A DNA stretch of 16,163 bases from an uncultured bacterium. Lineage in GTDB: Bacteria; Edwardsbacteria; AC1; EtOH8. Location: NCBI GenBank assembly GCA_963780225.1, contig CAWAAX010000019.1, positions 1 through 16,163 of the forward strand. Reading direction: 5' to 3'. The position numbers and the translations under genes were made by a program. The notes beneath the pieces are model-generated. The model searched no databases, had not been told where the DNA came from, and worked only from the letters and a program-made list of their open reading frames with translations. Of this stretch, positions 1 to 7,120 are shown one piece after another; the stretch's first letter is position 1, and the number at the start of each line of letters is the position of its first letter.

Positions 1-525
1 GACAAGACCGTGGTGCGGGAATTCGCCACCATCACCCTTTCCACCATCGAGGGCCAGGTGACCAGGATCGGCGGCAACTGCCTGCTGATGGCCTATTCCC
101 ACGTGGCCCACGAATGCACGGTTGGCGACAGCGTGATCCTGGCCAACTCGGCCACTTTGGCCGGGCACACCATAATAGAGGATTTTGCCATCATCGGCGG
201 GCTTACCCCGGTCCACCAGTTCTCCCGGGTGGGCTGCCACACCATCGTGGGCGGGGCCTCGGCGGTACAAAAGGACGTCCTGCCCTATTCCAAGGCCTTT
301 GGTAATCCCTTGAAGATGTTCGGACTGAACACCCTGGGGCTGTCCCGGCGGGGCTTTACCCAGGAACAGCGGGACCTGATGGAAAAAGCCTACCGCATCA
401 TCTTCCGGTCCAACCTGAACACCACCCAGGCCCTGACCCGGATCAAGGAAGAAATGGAGATGACCCCGGAGATAAAGCACATGGTGGAGTTCATAGAAGC
501 CTCGGAACGGGGGATCACCAAATAA
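1..525 (+). CDS. lpxA: Acyl-ACP--UDP-N-acetylglucosamine O-acyltransferase (5' truncated by window)
   Basis: Frame open from base 1. Hexapeptide repeats and motifs LLMAYSHVAHEC (catalytic His), LAGH, VHQFSRVG, QKDVLPY, GLNTLGLSRRGF, C-terminal SERGI. Confidence 0.96.
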   Translation, partial: DKTVVREFATITLSTIEGQVTRIGGNCLLMAYSHVAHECTVGDSVILANSATLAGHTIIEDFAIIGGLTPVHQFSRVGCHTIVGGASAVQKDVLPYSKAFGNPLKMFGLNTLGLSRRGFTQEQRDLMEKAYRIIFRSNLNTTQALTRIKEEMEMTPEIKHMVEFIEASERGITK

Positions 526-574
526 AGGCAAAAATATGAAAACGAAGGCAGAATAACCCTCTTTGTTTCAGTGT

Positions 575-597
575 CACTTTGACAAGCTCAGTGCTAC
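575..597. repeat. REP-like intergenic motif CACTTTGACAAGCTCAGTG (single degenerate arm)
   Basis: CACT/AGTG stem around TTGACAAGCTC. Resembles, from recall, the dispersed CTTCGACAAGCTCAG repeat family. No second arm nearby. Confidence 0.45.
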
Positions 598-619
598 GCT
601 CTGTGGCCGGAAGGATAAC

Positions 620-1393
620 ATGAAGACAAAATTAGACATCGCCCGCAACTGGCTGCCCCGCTACACCGGAATGGAGATCGACCAGTTCGGCGATTACATC
701 CTGCTGACCAACTTCGACGACTACCTGGAAAGGTTCGCCGAGCGCTTCAACTGCGAGATCAAGGGACATGGCCGGCCCATGCAGGCTGCCACCAACAACC
801 AGGGCCTGTCCATAGTCAACATCCGGATGGGCAGCCCCAACATCGCCACCATCATGGACCTGCTGGTGGCCCGGCACCCCAAGGGGGTGCTGTTCCTGGG
901 AAAATGCGGGGGGCTTAAAAAGACCTCCGAACTGGGGCATTTCATCCTGCCCATCGGGGCCATCCGGGGCGAGGGCACCGGCAACGACTACCTGCCGCCC
1001 GAGGTCCCGGCCCTGCCCTCCTTTAAACTGCACAAGTTCGTCTCGGATAAATTAAAAAAACGCTGTCTGGAATACCGCACCGGGGTGATCTACACCACCA
1101 ACCGCCGGGTCTGGGAATGGGACGAACCCTACAAGAAATACCTGAAAAAACTGACGGCCATCGCCATAGACATGGAGACCGCCACCCTGTTCATAGTGGG
1201 CCACGCCAACCAGATCGCCCGGGGCGCCCTGCTGCTGGTCTCCGACGTGCCGATGGTTCCCCACGGCATCAAGACCGACCGGAGCGACCGGGAGGTCACC
1301 AAGAAGTTCAGCAAACTGCACCTGGACATCGGCATCGAGAGCATGACCGAGATCGGCAAGATGGGCGAGAAGATCAAGCACTTCCAGTACTGA
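620..1393 (+). CDS. amn: AMP nucleosidase (PNP/UDP phosphorylase family, short type)
   Basis: ATG at 620 with AAGGA SD upstream. MKTKLDIARNWLPRYTG N-terminus, MGSPN, LFLGKCGGL, AIRGEGT, AIDMETATLF, LLLVSD motifs. Confidence 0.9.
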   Translation: MKTKLDIARNWLPRYTGMEIDQFGDYILLTNFDDYLERFAERFNCEIKGHGRPMQAATNNQGLSIVNIRMGSPNIATIMDLLVARHPKGVLFLGKCGGLKKTSELGHFILPIGAIRGEGTGNDYLPPEVPALPSFKLHKFVSDKLKKRCLEYRTGVIYTTNRRVWEWDEPYKKYLKKLTAIAIDMETATLFIVGHANQIARGALLLVSDVPMVPHGIKTDRSDREVTKKFSKLHLDIGIESMTEIGKMGEKIKHFQY

Positions 1394-1456
1394 ACTGAAT
1401 ACTGGTTAGCGGCTACTGGATACTATCGTGTGTAGTCAGTAATCAGTATCCACTAT
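1388..1456. repeat. Degenerate heptamer array arranged as an inverted repeat
   Basis: TACTGAA, TACTGGT, TAGCGGC, TACTGGA, TACT, followed by the complementary units TCAGTAA, TCAGTAT, CCACTAT. TGGATACT (1417-1424) pairs perfectly with AGTATCCA (1445-1452). Confidence 0.5.
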
Positions 1457-1464
1457 AGAGGTGA

Positions 1465-2745
1465 GTGATGATGAAAAGATTGATGATCGTTTTCGGATTG
1501 CTGGCTCTCTGTGGAATAGCCCAAGCCTCCCAGGTCCTGGTCGCCCGGGTGGAGAGAGCCGTCAGCCCGGCCTCGGCCCGGTTCATGGTCCAAGCCGTTG
1601 AGCGGGCGCAAAAGGAACAGGTTGAGTGCCTGATAATTGAGATGGACACGCCCGGCGGGCTGGACCAGTCCATGCGCCAGGTGATCAAGGCCATCATGGC
1701 CTCCAGGGTCCCGGTGATAGTGTTTGTGGCGCCCCAGGGATCGCGGGCGGCCTCGGCCGGGGCCTTCATCACAATGTCGGCCCACGTAGCGGCCATGGCG
1801 CCAGGCACCAGCATCGGGGCGGCCCACCCGGTGTCCATAGGGCAAAGCGGACAGATGGACAGCACCATGTCCGGCAAGGTAACAAACGACGCCGCGGCCT
1901 ACATCCGTTCCATAGCGGAAAAGCGGGGCCGCAATATCGCCTGGGCCGACTCGGCCGTCCGGCACAGCGTCTCTCTTTCCGAGACCGAGGCCCTCAAGCG
2001 CGGAGTGATAGACCTGGTGGCCCCCAACACCTCCGCCCTGCTGGATTCTTTGGACGGCCGGAAGATAGTCATGGACCGGGACACTTTGACGTTATACACC
2101 AAGACTGCCAGGGTGGTTACGGTGGAGATGAACTGGCGGGACCGTCTGCTGGCTGTGATCTCCGATCCCAACCTCGCCTACATCTTCTTCATGCTGGGAC
2201 TGCTGGGGTTGTACTTTGAGTTCTCCAATCCCGGGGCCATACTGCCCGGCGTGGTAGGCGCCATCTCGCTGATCCTGGCCTTCTTCGCCTTCCAGACCCT
2301 TTCGGTGAATTATGCCGGAATGCTTTTGATACTGCTGTCCATAGTCCTTTTCATCATAGATGTCAAGGCCGCCACCCACGGCGTCCTGACCACAGGAGGT
2401 ATTGTAGCCATGTTCATGGGATCTATTATGCTGTTCAATTCGCCGGACCCGGCCATGCGGGCCTCGCTCCAGGTGATCATCCCAGTGGTGCTGGTGACCG
2501 CAGCCTTTTTCATCATCGGGGTCTGGCTGTCCATCAAAACATTGAGGACCAAACCCTTCTCCGGCGACAAGGGCCTGCTGGGCCAGGAGGGCGATGCCCG
2601 GACCCTGGTGAACAAGGACGGCGGCCGGGTGTTTGTGGCCGGTACCCACTGGAGCGCCTGGTCGGAGATCGAGATACCGGAGGGCACTAAGATTAAGGTA
2701 GTGGAAGTGAAAGGCATGACGCTGAAAGTAACCAATAGCTTATAG
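1465..2745 (+). CDS. nfeD: Long-form NfeD: membrane-bound ClpP-class serine protease, stomatin operon partner
   Basis: Signal peptide, IEMDTPGG, RAASAGAFI, IGAAHPV, membrane segments, C-terminal OB-like domain (G-x-H-W-x-A, KIKVVEVKGMTLKV). GAGGTGAG SD. The exact start among GTG/ATG/ATG (1465/1468/1471) is uncertain. Confidence 0.93.
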   Translation: MMMKRLMIVFGLLALCGIAQASQVLVARVERAVSPASARFMVQAVERAQKEQVECLIIEMDTPGGLDQSMRQVIKAIMASRVPVIVFVAPQGSRAASAGAFITMSAHVAAMAPGTSIGAAHPVSIGQSGQMDSTMSGKVTNDAAAYIRSIAEKRGRNIAWADSAVRHSVSLSETEALKRGVIDLVAPNTSALLDSLDGRKIVMDRDTLTLYTKTARVVTVEMNWRDRLLAVISDPNLAYIFFMLGLLGLYFEFSNPGAILPGVVGAISLILAFFAFQTLSVNYAGMLLILLSIVLFIIDVKAATHGVLTTGGIVAMFMGSIMLFNSPDPAMRASLQVIIPVVLVTAAFFIIGVWLSIKTLRTKPFSGDKGLLGQEGDARTLVNKDGGRVFVAGTHWSAWSEIEIPEGTKIKVVEVKGMTLKVTNSL

Positions 2746-2785
2746 CTTATCTAATCAACCCAACATAAGGAGGAACCAGCCATGA
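2644..2785 (+). repeat. Direct repeat A1: nfeD 3' end, intergenic region, RBS and ATG
   Basis: Aligns with 3806-3968: 13 mismatches in the first 58 nt, then identical apart from a 21-bp heptamer expansion in the second copy. Confidence 0.95.
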
Positions 2786-2817
2786 AACTTTTTTACAAGC
2801 AGGCGGTAAAATGCTAA
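2782..2817 (+). other. 11-codon mini-ORF MKLFYKQAVKC driven by the duplicated AAGGAGG RBS, overlapping the start of the cargo gene
   Basis: TAAGGAGGAACCAGCC-ATG AAA CTT TTT TAC AAG CAG GCG GTA AAA TGC TAA. The stop overlaps the ATG at 2811 (ATGCTAA). Confidence 0.5.
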
Positions 2818-3788
2818 AAAGACCCCTTATTCTTTTTTTAATGATGAGCCATGCAATTTTTCAGGCCATAACCATCACCGGCATCAATGCTCAACCCATT
2901 TATTTATGCAAAGCGGAGAAGCCCATGCCAAGCACTAAATCAAATCCGTCCCAAAAAGATGGCGCTGTCAGAACAAACGAAGCTTCATGGTCCTATTTAG
3001 GCCAAACCCCTCCCGGAAACGCTGCGGTGATTTTTGGAAAAGGGGTCGTCTCCAAAGGCAACACCCACAGCAGGCTCACAATATCGCCCGACGGCCAAGA
3101 GATGTTTTGGACGGTCATCCCGGACATGTCCCAGCCGGGGTCCAGCATTCTAATGCACACGTCCTTCGAAAACGGAAAATGGACGGAACCCCGGGTCCCT
3201 CCGTTTGCTGCCGGAGGAATATCCGGCGGTCCGCAGTATTCCCCGGACGGGAAGAAGCTGTTTTTCAATTATTCCGAAAACAGCCCGTCGGGAAGAAAGA
3301 CATTGTACGTTGAAAAAACCTGTTCCGGGTGGAGCGAACCGAAAAACGACGGCGTCCTGCTTAAATCAAGCTCTTCGTTCACCAAATCAGGTCTGGTTTA
3401 TTTTTTAGCGACCCTTAACGGCAAGGTCTGGAACATGGGCATTTACTGCGCGCGTTACACCGAAGAGGGATACGGCGATATCCAGCCTTTGGACTCGGTC
3501 ATCAATTCTCCTTATATTGACTACACGCCGTATATTTCGCCGGAGGACGACTACCTGTTGTTCTCTTCCAGCCGTCCCTCAACAAAAGAGGATATGTCTC
3601 TTTGCATCAGCTTTAAGAACGAGAACGGGACCTGGGCCTCACCCCAAAAAATGGATAAAATAATTGGTTTTTTGGAAGGAGCCAGGTTTCCTTCCATTTC
3701 CCCGGACGGCAAATACATCTTTTTTTGCGGAGACGACGGGAATATCTATTGGGTGAGCCGCGACATCGTCGCTCAGTTCAAACCCTGA
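2811..3788 (+). CDS. Secreted PD40/WD40-like (TolB-like) beta-propeller protein; inserted cargo gene
   Basis: Signal-like N-terminus, YLGQTPPG motif, repeats ISPDGQEMFW, YSPDGKKLFF, ISPEDDYLLFSS, ISPDGKYIFF, and IYWV end. Codon usage is less GC3-biased than in the flanking genes. Confidence 0.85.
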   Translation: MLKRPLILFLMMSHAIFQAITITGINAQPIYLCKAEKPMPSTKSNPSQKDGAVRTNEASWSYLGQTPPGNAAVIFGKGVVSKGNTHSRLTISPDGQEMFWTVIPDMSQPGSSILMHTSFENGKWTEPRVPPFAAGGISGGPQYSPDGKKLFFNYSENSPSGRKTLYVEKTCSGWSEPKNDGVLLKSSSSFTKSGLVYFLATLNGKVWNMGIYCARYTEEGYGDIQPLDSVINSPYIDYTPYISPEDDYLLFSSSRPSTKEDMSLCISFKNENGTWASPQKMDKIIGFLEGARFPSISPDGKYIFFCGDDGNIYWVSRDIVAQFKP

Positions 3789-3805
3789 TAAACTCAGGGG
3801 CCACA

Positions 3806-3968
3806 ACCCACTGGAATGCCTGGTCGGATGCTGAGATCGCCGAAGGCACAAAGATCAAGGTAATGGAAGTGAAAGGCATGACGCTGAAAGTAACCAATAG
3901 CTTATAGCTTACAGCTTACAGCATATAGCTTATCTAATCAACCCAACATAAGGAGGAACCAGCCATGA
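3806..3968 (+). repeat. Direct repeat A2: orphan nfeD C-terminal fragment (THWNAWSDAEIAEGTKIKVMEVKGMTLKVTNSL*), RBS and ATG of the stomatin gene
   Basis: Second copy of 2644-2785, offset 1162 bp. Contains five heptamers (T/C)AGC(T/A)TA at 3898-3932, versus two in copy A1. Confidence 0.95.
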
Positions 3969-4726
3969 CCGGTACCATAGTTCTGATCATCTTTATCCTG
4001 TTCATTGTGCTCAACACCTTCAAGATCCTACGGGAATACGAGCGGGGCGTGGTCTTTAGGCTGGGGCGCTACGTGGGCACCCGGGGCCCGGGGCTGATCA
4101 TCCTGATCCCCCTGTTCGAGAAGATGGTCAAGGTAACCCTGCGCACCATCGCCCTGGACGTGCCGGTCCAGGAAGTGATCACCAAGGACAACGTCTCGGT
4201 GAAGGTCAACGCCGTGATGTACTTCCAGGTGTTCCAGCCGGACAAAGCCATCATCGCGGTGGAGGACTACATGTACGCCACCAGCCAGATGGGCCAGACC
4301 ACCCTCCGTTCCATCCTGGGCGAGCACGAGCTGGACGAACTGCTCTCCAACCGGGAGAAGATCAACCAGACCCTGCAGAAGGTGATTGACGAGCGCACCG
4401 ATCCCTGGGGCATCAAGGTCAGCGCGGTGGAGGTCAAGGACATTGACCTGCCCGAGGGCATGCGCCGGGCCATGGCCAAGCAGGCCGAGGCCGAGCGTGA
4501 GCGCCGGGCCAAGGTGATTCACGCCGACGGCGAGTTCCAGGCCTCATCCAAGCTCCGTGATGCCGCCTCGATCATGGCGCAGGAACCTGTGACCGTGCAG
4601 CTGCGCTATCTGCAGACCCTGACCGAGATCGCGGTGGAGAAGAATTCCACCATAGTCTTCCCGCTGCCAATAGAGTTCATGAAGCTGTTCACCCAGATAT
4701 TGGATAAGAACGAGAAGAAGGCGTAA
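3965..4726 (+). CDS. Stomatin/slipin (SPFH, band 7) family membrane protein
   Basis: N-terminal [56 protein letters not shown]. Strong AAGGAGG SD. Canonical nfeD partner. Confidence 0.95.
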   Translation: MTGTIVLIIFILFIVLNTFKILREYERGVVFRLGRYVGTRGPGLIILIPLFEKMVKVTLRTIALDVPVQEVITKDNVSVKVNAVMYFQVFQPDKAIIAVEDYMYATSQMGQTTLRSILGEHELDELLSNREKINQTLQKVIDERTDPWGIKVSAVEVKDIDLPEGMRRAMAKQAEAERERRAKVIHADGEFQASSKLRDAASIMAQEPVTVQLRYLQTLTEIAVEKNSTIVFPLPIEFMKLFTQILDKNEKKA

Positions 4727-4737
4727 ACGGAAAACAG

Positions 4738-4766
4738 AAGCGGCGGCCAGCAGTGGCCGCCGCTTT
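4738..4766 (+). terminator. Probable intrinsic terminator hairpin after the stomatin gene
   Basis: 12-bp stem AAGCGGCGGCCA / TGGCCGCCGCTT with GCAG loop. The T tail is short. Confidence 0.65.
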
Positions 4767-4781
4767 ATGCATCGCGCTAAA

Positions 4782-4809
4782 GTAAGGACACGGCATGCCG
4801 TGTCCCAAC
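4782..4809. repeat. REP-type palindrome (degenerate GTAG...CTAC class)
   Basis: GTAA-GGACACGGCATGCCGTGTCC-CAAC, with a perfect 20-bp palindrome at 4786-4805. Confidence 0.75.
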
Positions 4810-4829
4810 AATAAACCGCAGCATATCGC

Positions 4830-4946
4830 ATGACCTTCTCCTCCCAAATAATCTCCATCATCAAACGCATCCCGCGCGGCAAAGTAGCCTCCTACGGCCA
4901 GATCGCGGCCCTGGCCGGCAACCCCAGAGGCGCCCGGGCGGTATAA
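4830..4946 (+). pseudogene. Direct repeat B1: truncated 38-codon 5' copy of the atl gene ending TAA TAG
   Basis: MTFSSQIISIIKRIPRGKVASYGQIAALAGNPRGARAV*. 8 nt differences from 6062-6175, 7 of them synonymous. Offset 1232 bp. Confidence 0.92.
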
Positions 4947-4965
4947 TAGCTTTCAAAGCAATTGT

Positions 4966-5062
4966 TGCCTAACAATACATGCAATTTAGTATTTTGTTAG
5001 GCATTTTTCTCTTGACAATCGTTGCCTAACATTATATAATCAAAACAACTGATTGTTAGGCA
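4966..5062 (+). promoter_or_regulatory. Consensus sigma70 promoter with four TGCCTAACA operator boxes (two inverted pairs)
   Basis: TTGACA 5012-5017, 17-bp spacer, TATAAT 5035-5040. TGCCTAACA at 4966 and 5023; TGTTAGGCA at 4995 and 5054. Confidence 0.88.
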
Positions 5063-5068
5063 TATTAT

Positions 5069-5383
5069 ATGGCTTTTCACATTGTAAAAAGTATTCTAGC
5101 GGAAGAACTTGGGCGCTTACAGGCCTTGGAGAAAAAATACCGGGATCATATCTCTCAATGTCCCAAGGGCAGTATTTCCTTTAAGCGGCGCTCCAGCGGC
5201 ATTTACGCATACCTGGCTTTCCGGCAAGGAAACCGTGTGGTTTTTAAGTATGTCGGCCCGGAAAAGTCGGACCAAGTTTTAAAACTTAAGGAAAATGTGC
5301 GTTTGCGTCAGGCTCACCAAAAAAAGCTTCAAAGCATTGTCAAGGATATTATAAAACTTGAAAAGCTCGTCAAACGAAAATAA
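5069..5383 (+). CDS. Small basic protein; putative DNA-binding antitoxin or autorepressor
   Basis: 104 aa, K/R-rich, PKGSISFK...YAYL...VVFKYVG beta core between two helices. First gene behind the operator-laden promoter and overlapping the next gene. Confidence 0.7.
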   Translation: MAFHIVKSILAEELGRLQALEKKYRDHISQCPKGSISFKRRSSGIYAYLAFRQGNRVVFKYVGPEKSDQVLKLKENVRLRQAHQKKLQSIVKDIIKLEKLVKRK

Positions 5384-6050
5384 CTACCGGGTTTTCGATG
5401 CTGTCATCAAACGGCTTCATGATGAAGGCGTCCTGAATGAAATGGTTTTAATCGGCGGGTGGTGCCTGTATCTTTACCGGATACTTTACAAAAACCCGCC
5501 TGAGATAATTGCCCTGCGCACCAGCGATATTGATCTGCTTGTTCCCCGGAAAATACGGGTGGCAAAAAAATGTGATCTTACATCCGTACTGAAAGAAATG
5601 GGATTCGAACTCCTCTATGACCCGGAGGGGCATATTAAGTTTACCCGGGAAGATTTTGATGTTGAATTTTTGACTCCGGAAATCGGCTCCGGGAGCGCAA
5701 AACCTTATGAATTTAAACAGTTGAACCTGAATGCCCAGCAATTACGTTATTTGACGATTTTGCAGGACAATGTCATAACAATTAACTATCGGGGCATTCT
5801 TGTAATAATACCGGCCATTCCATCCTTTATCATCCACAAAATGCTGGTGGTAAACAAACGAAAACCGGATAAACGCACCAAGGATATTGAAACGATCCAG
5901 GCGCTGACGGATTTTATCCTAACAAAACCCGAATTATTGAACGGTTTCATTTCTGCTTTTAATGGGTTGATTAAAGGCTGGAAAAAGACATGCCTTGACA
6001 ATTCTAAAAAATATTTGCCTGAAATACATAAATTGCTGATCAAAATGTAA
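5358..6050 (+). CDS. Nucleotidyltransferase-fold protein (GSU2403/AbiEii-like); putative toxin
   Basis: LIGGW...RTSDIDL (polymerase-beta superfamily G-[G/S]...DxD), VEFL, FIIHK, KRTKD. AT-rich. The TTG start is uncertain. Confidence 0.75.
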   Translation: MKSSSNENNYRVFDAVIKRLHDEGVLNEMVLIGGWCLYLYRILYKNPPEIIALRTSDIDLLVPRKIRVAKKCDLTSVLKEMGFELLYDPEGHIKFTREDFDVEFLTPEIGSGSAKPYEFKQLNLNAQQLRYLTILQDNVITINYRGILVIIPAIPSFIIHKMLVVNKRKPDKRTKDIETIQALTDFILTKPELLNGFISAFNGLIKGWKKTCLDNSKKYLPEIHKLLIKM

Positions 6051-6061
6051 TTTAATAGATC

Positions 6062-6391
6062 ATGACCTTCTCCTCCCAAATAATCTCCCTCATCAAGCGC
6101 ATTCCGCGCGGCAAAGTAGCCTCCTACGGGCAGATCGCGGCCCTGGCCGGCAATCCCCGGGGCGCCCGGGCGGTCATCTGGCTGCTGCATTCCAGCTCTG
6201 GCAAGGAAAAGCTTCCCTGGCACCGGGTGATCAACAGCCGGGGAACTATCTCATTACAGCCCGGCCAGGGTTACGAGGAACAGCGGGCCCTGCTGGAAAG
6301 CGAAGGGGTGGAGTTCGGCCTGCAGGGGAAAATTGACCTGAAAAGATTTCAGTGGCCGGGGCCGGTTCCTAAACAACTCCGGAAAGCTTAG
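6062..6391 (+). CDS. atl: Alkyltransferase-like protein (MGMT family, Trp in place of the catalytic Cys)
   Basis: IPRGKVASYGQIAALAG, ARAV, LPWHRVINSRG, QRALLESEGV. The first 114 nt form direct repeat B2. Confidence 0.92.
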   Translation: MTFSSQIISLIKRIPRGKVASYGQIAALAGNPRGARAVIWLLHSSSGKEKLPWHRVINSRGTISLQPGQGYEEQRALLESEGVEFGLQGKIDLKRFQWPGPVPKQLRKA

Positions 6392-6458
6392 CAGACATTC
6401 GATCTTCTATGAAAGACTAATTCACATCAACCCCAACCAAAACCAATCAGGAGAAAAC

Positions 6459-7016
6459 ATGAAAATACTATTGCCCGTTCTGTTTTGCGTTATGCTGCTG
6501 ATTGTGTCCTGCAGCATGGTCAAGGCCCCGGCCCAGCTGGCCATCAAAACCGCCGAGGAGGCCATGAACACCGTCCGGAACGAGGCCGCCAACTTCGTGC
6601 CCGAACAGCTGGCGGAGATGGAAGCCACCCTGGCCGAAGCCAAGCAGTCTTTTGAAACCGGCAACTACAAGGCCGCCCTGGCCAGCGCCAAGGACATCCC
6701 GGCCAAGATCAAGGACCTGGCCTCGGCCATCGAGGCCAAAAAGGCCGCCCTGCCCCAGGATTGGCAGGCCCTGGCCGACGAGATGCCCAAGCTGATCGCC
6801 AATGTCAAGTCAGCGGTGTCCAAGGCCCGGGGAGTTGACAAGACGGTCCTGGCCGAGGCCAAGACCGCGGTCGACGGAATGCCCGAAGCCTGGAAGCAGG
6901 CCCAGGAAGAGTTCAAGGCCGGAAAACTATACGAGGCCGTGACCAAGGCCTCCGGGATCAAGCAACAGGCCGCCAGGATCATGGCCGATCTGGGAGAGAA
7001 GACTGCCGGAAAGTAA
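6459..7016 (+). CDS. Alanine/lysine-rich alpha-helical lipoprotein
   Basis: AGGAG SD, lipobox LLIVS-C, amphipathic helical composition, host-like codon usage. Confidence 0.8.
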   Translation: MKILLPVLFCVMLLIVSCSMVKAPAQLAIKTAEEAMNTVRNEAANFVPEQLAEMEATLAEAKQSFETGNYKAALASAKDIPAKIKDLASAIEAKKAALPQDWQALADEMPKLIANVKSAVSKARGVDKTVLAEAKTAVDGMPEAWKQAQEEFKAGKLYEAVTKASGIKQQAARIMADLGEKTAGK

Positions 7017-7071
7017 GCGTTGCTGATTTACTCAATATTTGACTATTTCATCTACTCTCAATGCGATGCAT

Positions 7072-7086
7072 TCCGCCAGAGGCGGA
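7072..7086. repeat. Short REP-like palindrome TCCGCC-AGA-GGCGGA
   Basis: 6-bp stem with 3-nt loop. The same CCGCC-N3-GGCGG core occurs in the hairpin at 7403-7421. Confidence 0.5.
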
Positions 7087-7120
7087 TAGGAAAACTGGAA
7101 AACAAAAGGTGCCAACCCCG

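Noticed and set aside
563..619. Extended N-termini from the ORF track (amn 563, radC 10655, crtI 11385)
   Set aside because: Downstream starts at 620, 10727 and 11424 fit the family N-termini and/or SD positions better.
3725..3907. 60-aa ORF ending in the NfeD C-terminal sequence
   Set aside because: Chance read-in from an alternative frame of the cargo gene into the duplicated nfeD tail; no RBS. Treated as repeat A2.
4966..5062. Repeated boxes as a mini-CRISPR or IS terminal inverted repeats
   Set aside because: Only 9-10 bp, alternating orientation, centred on a promoter; no cas or transposase genes and no matching copy at the far end of the insert.
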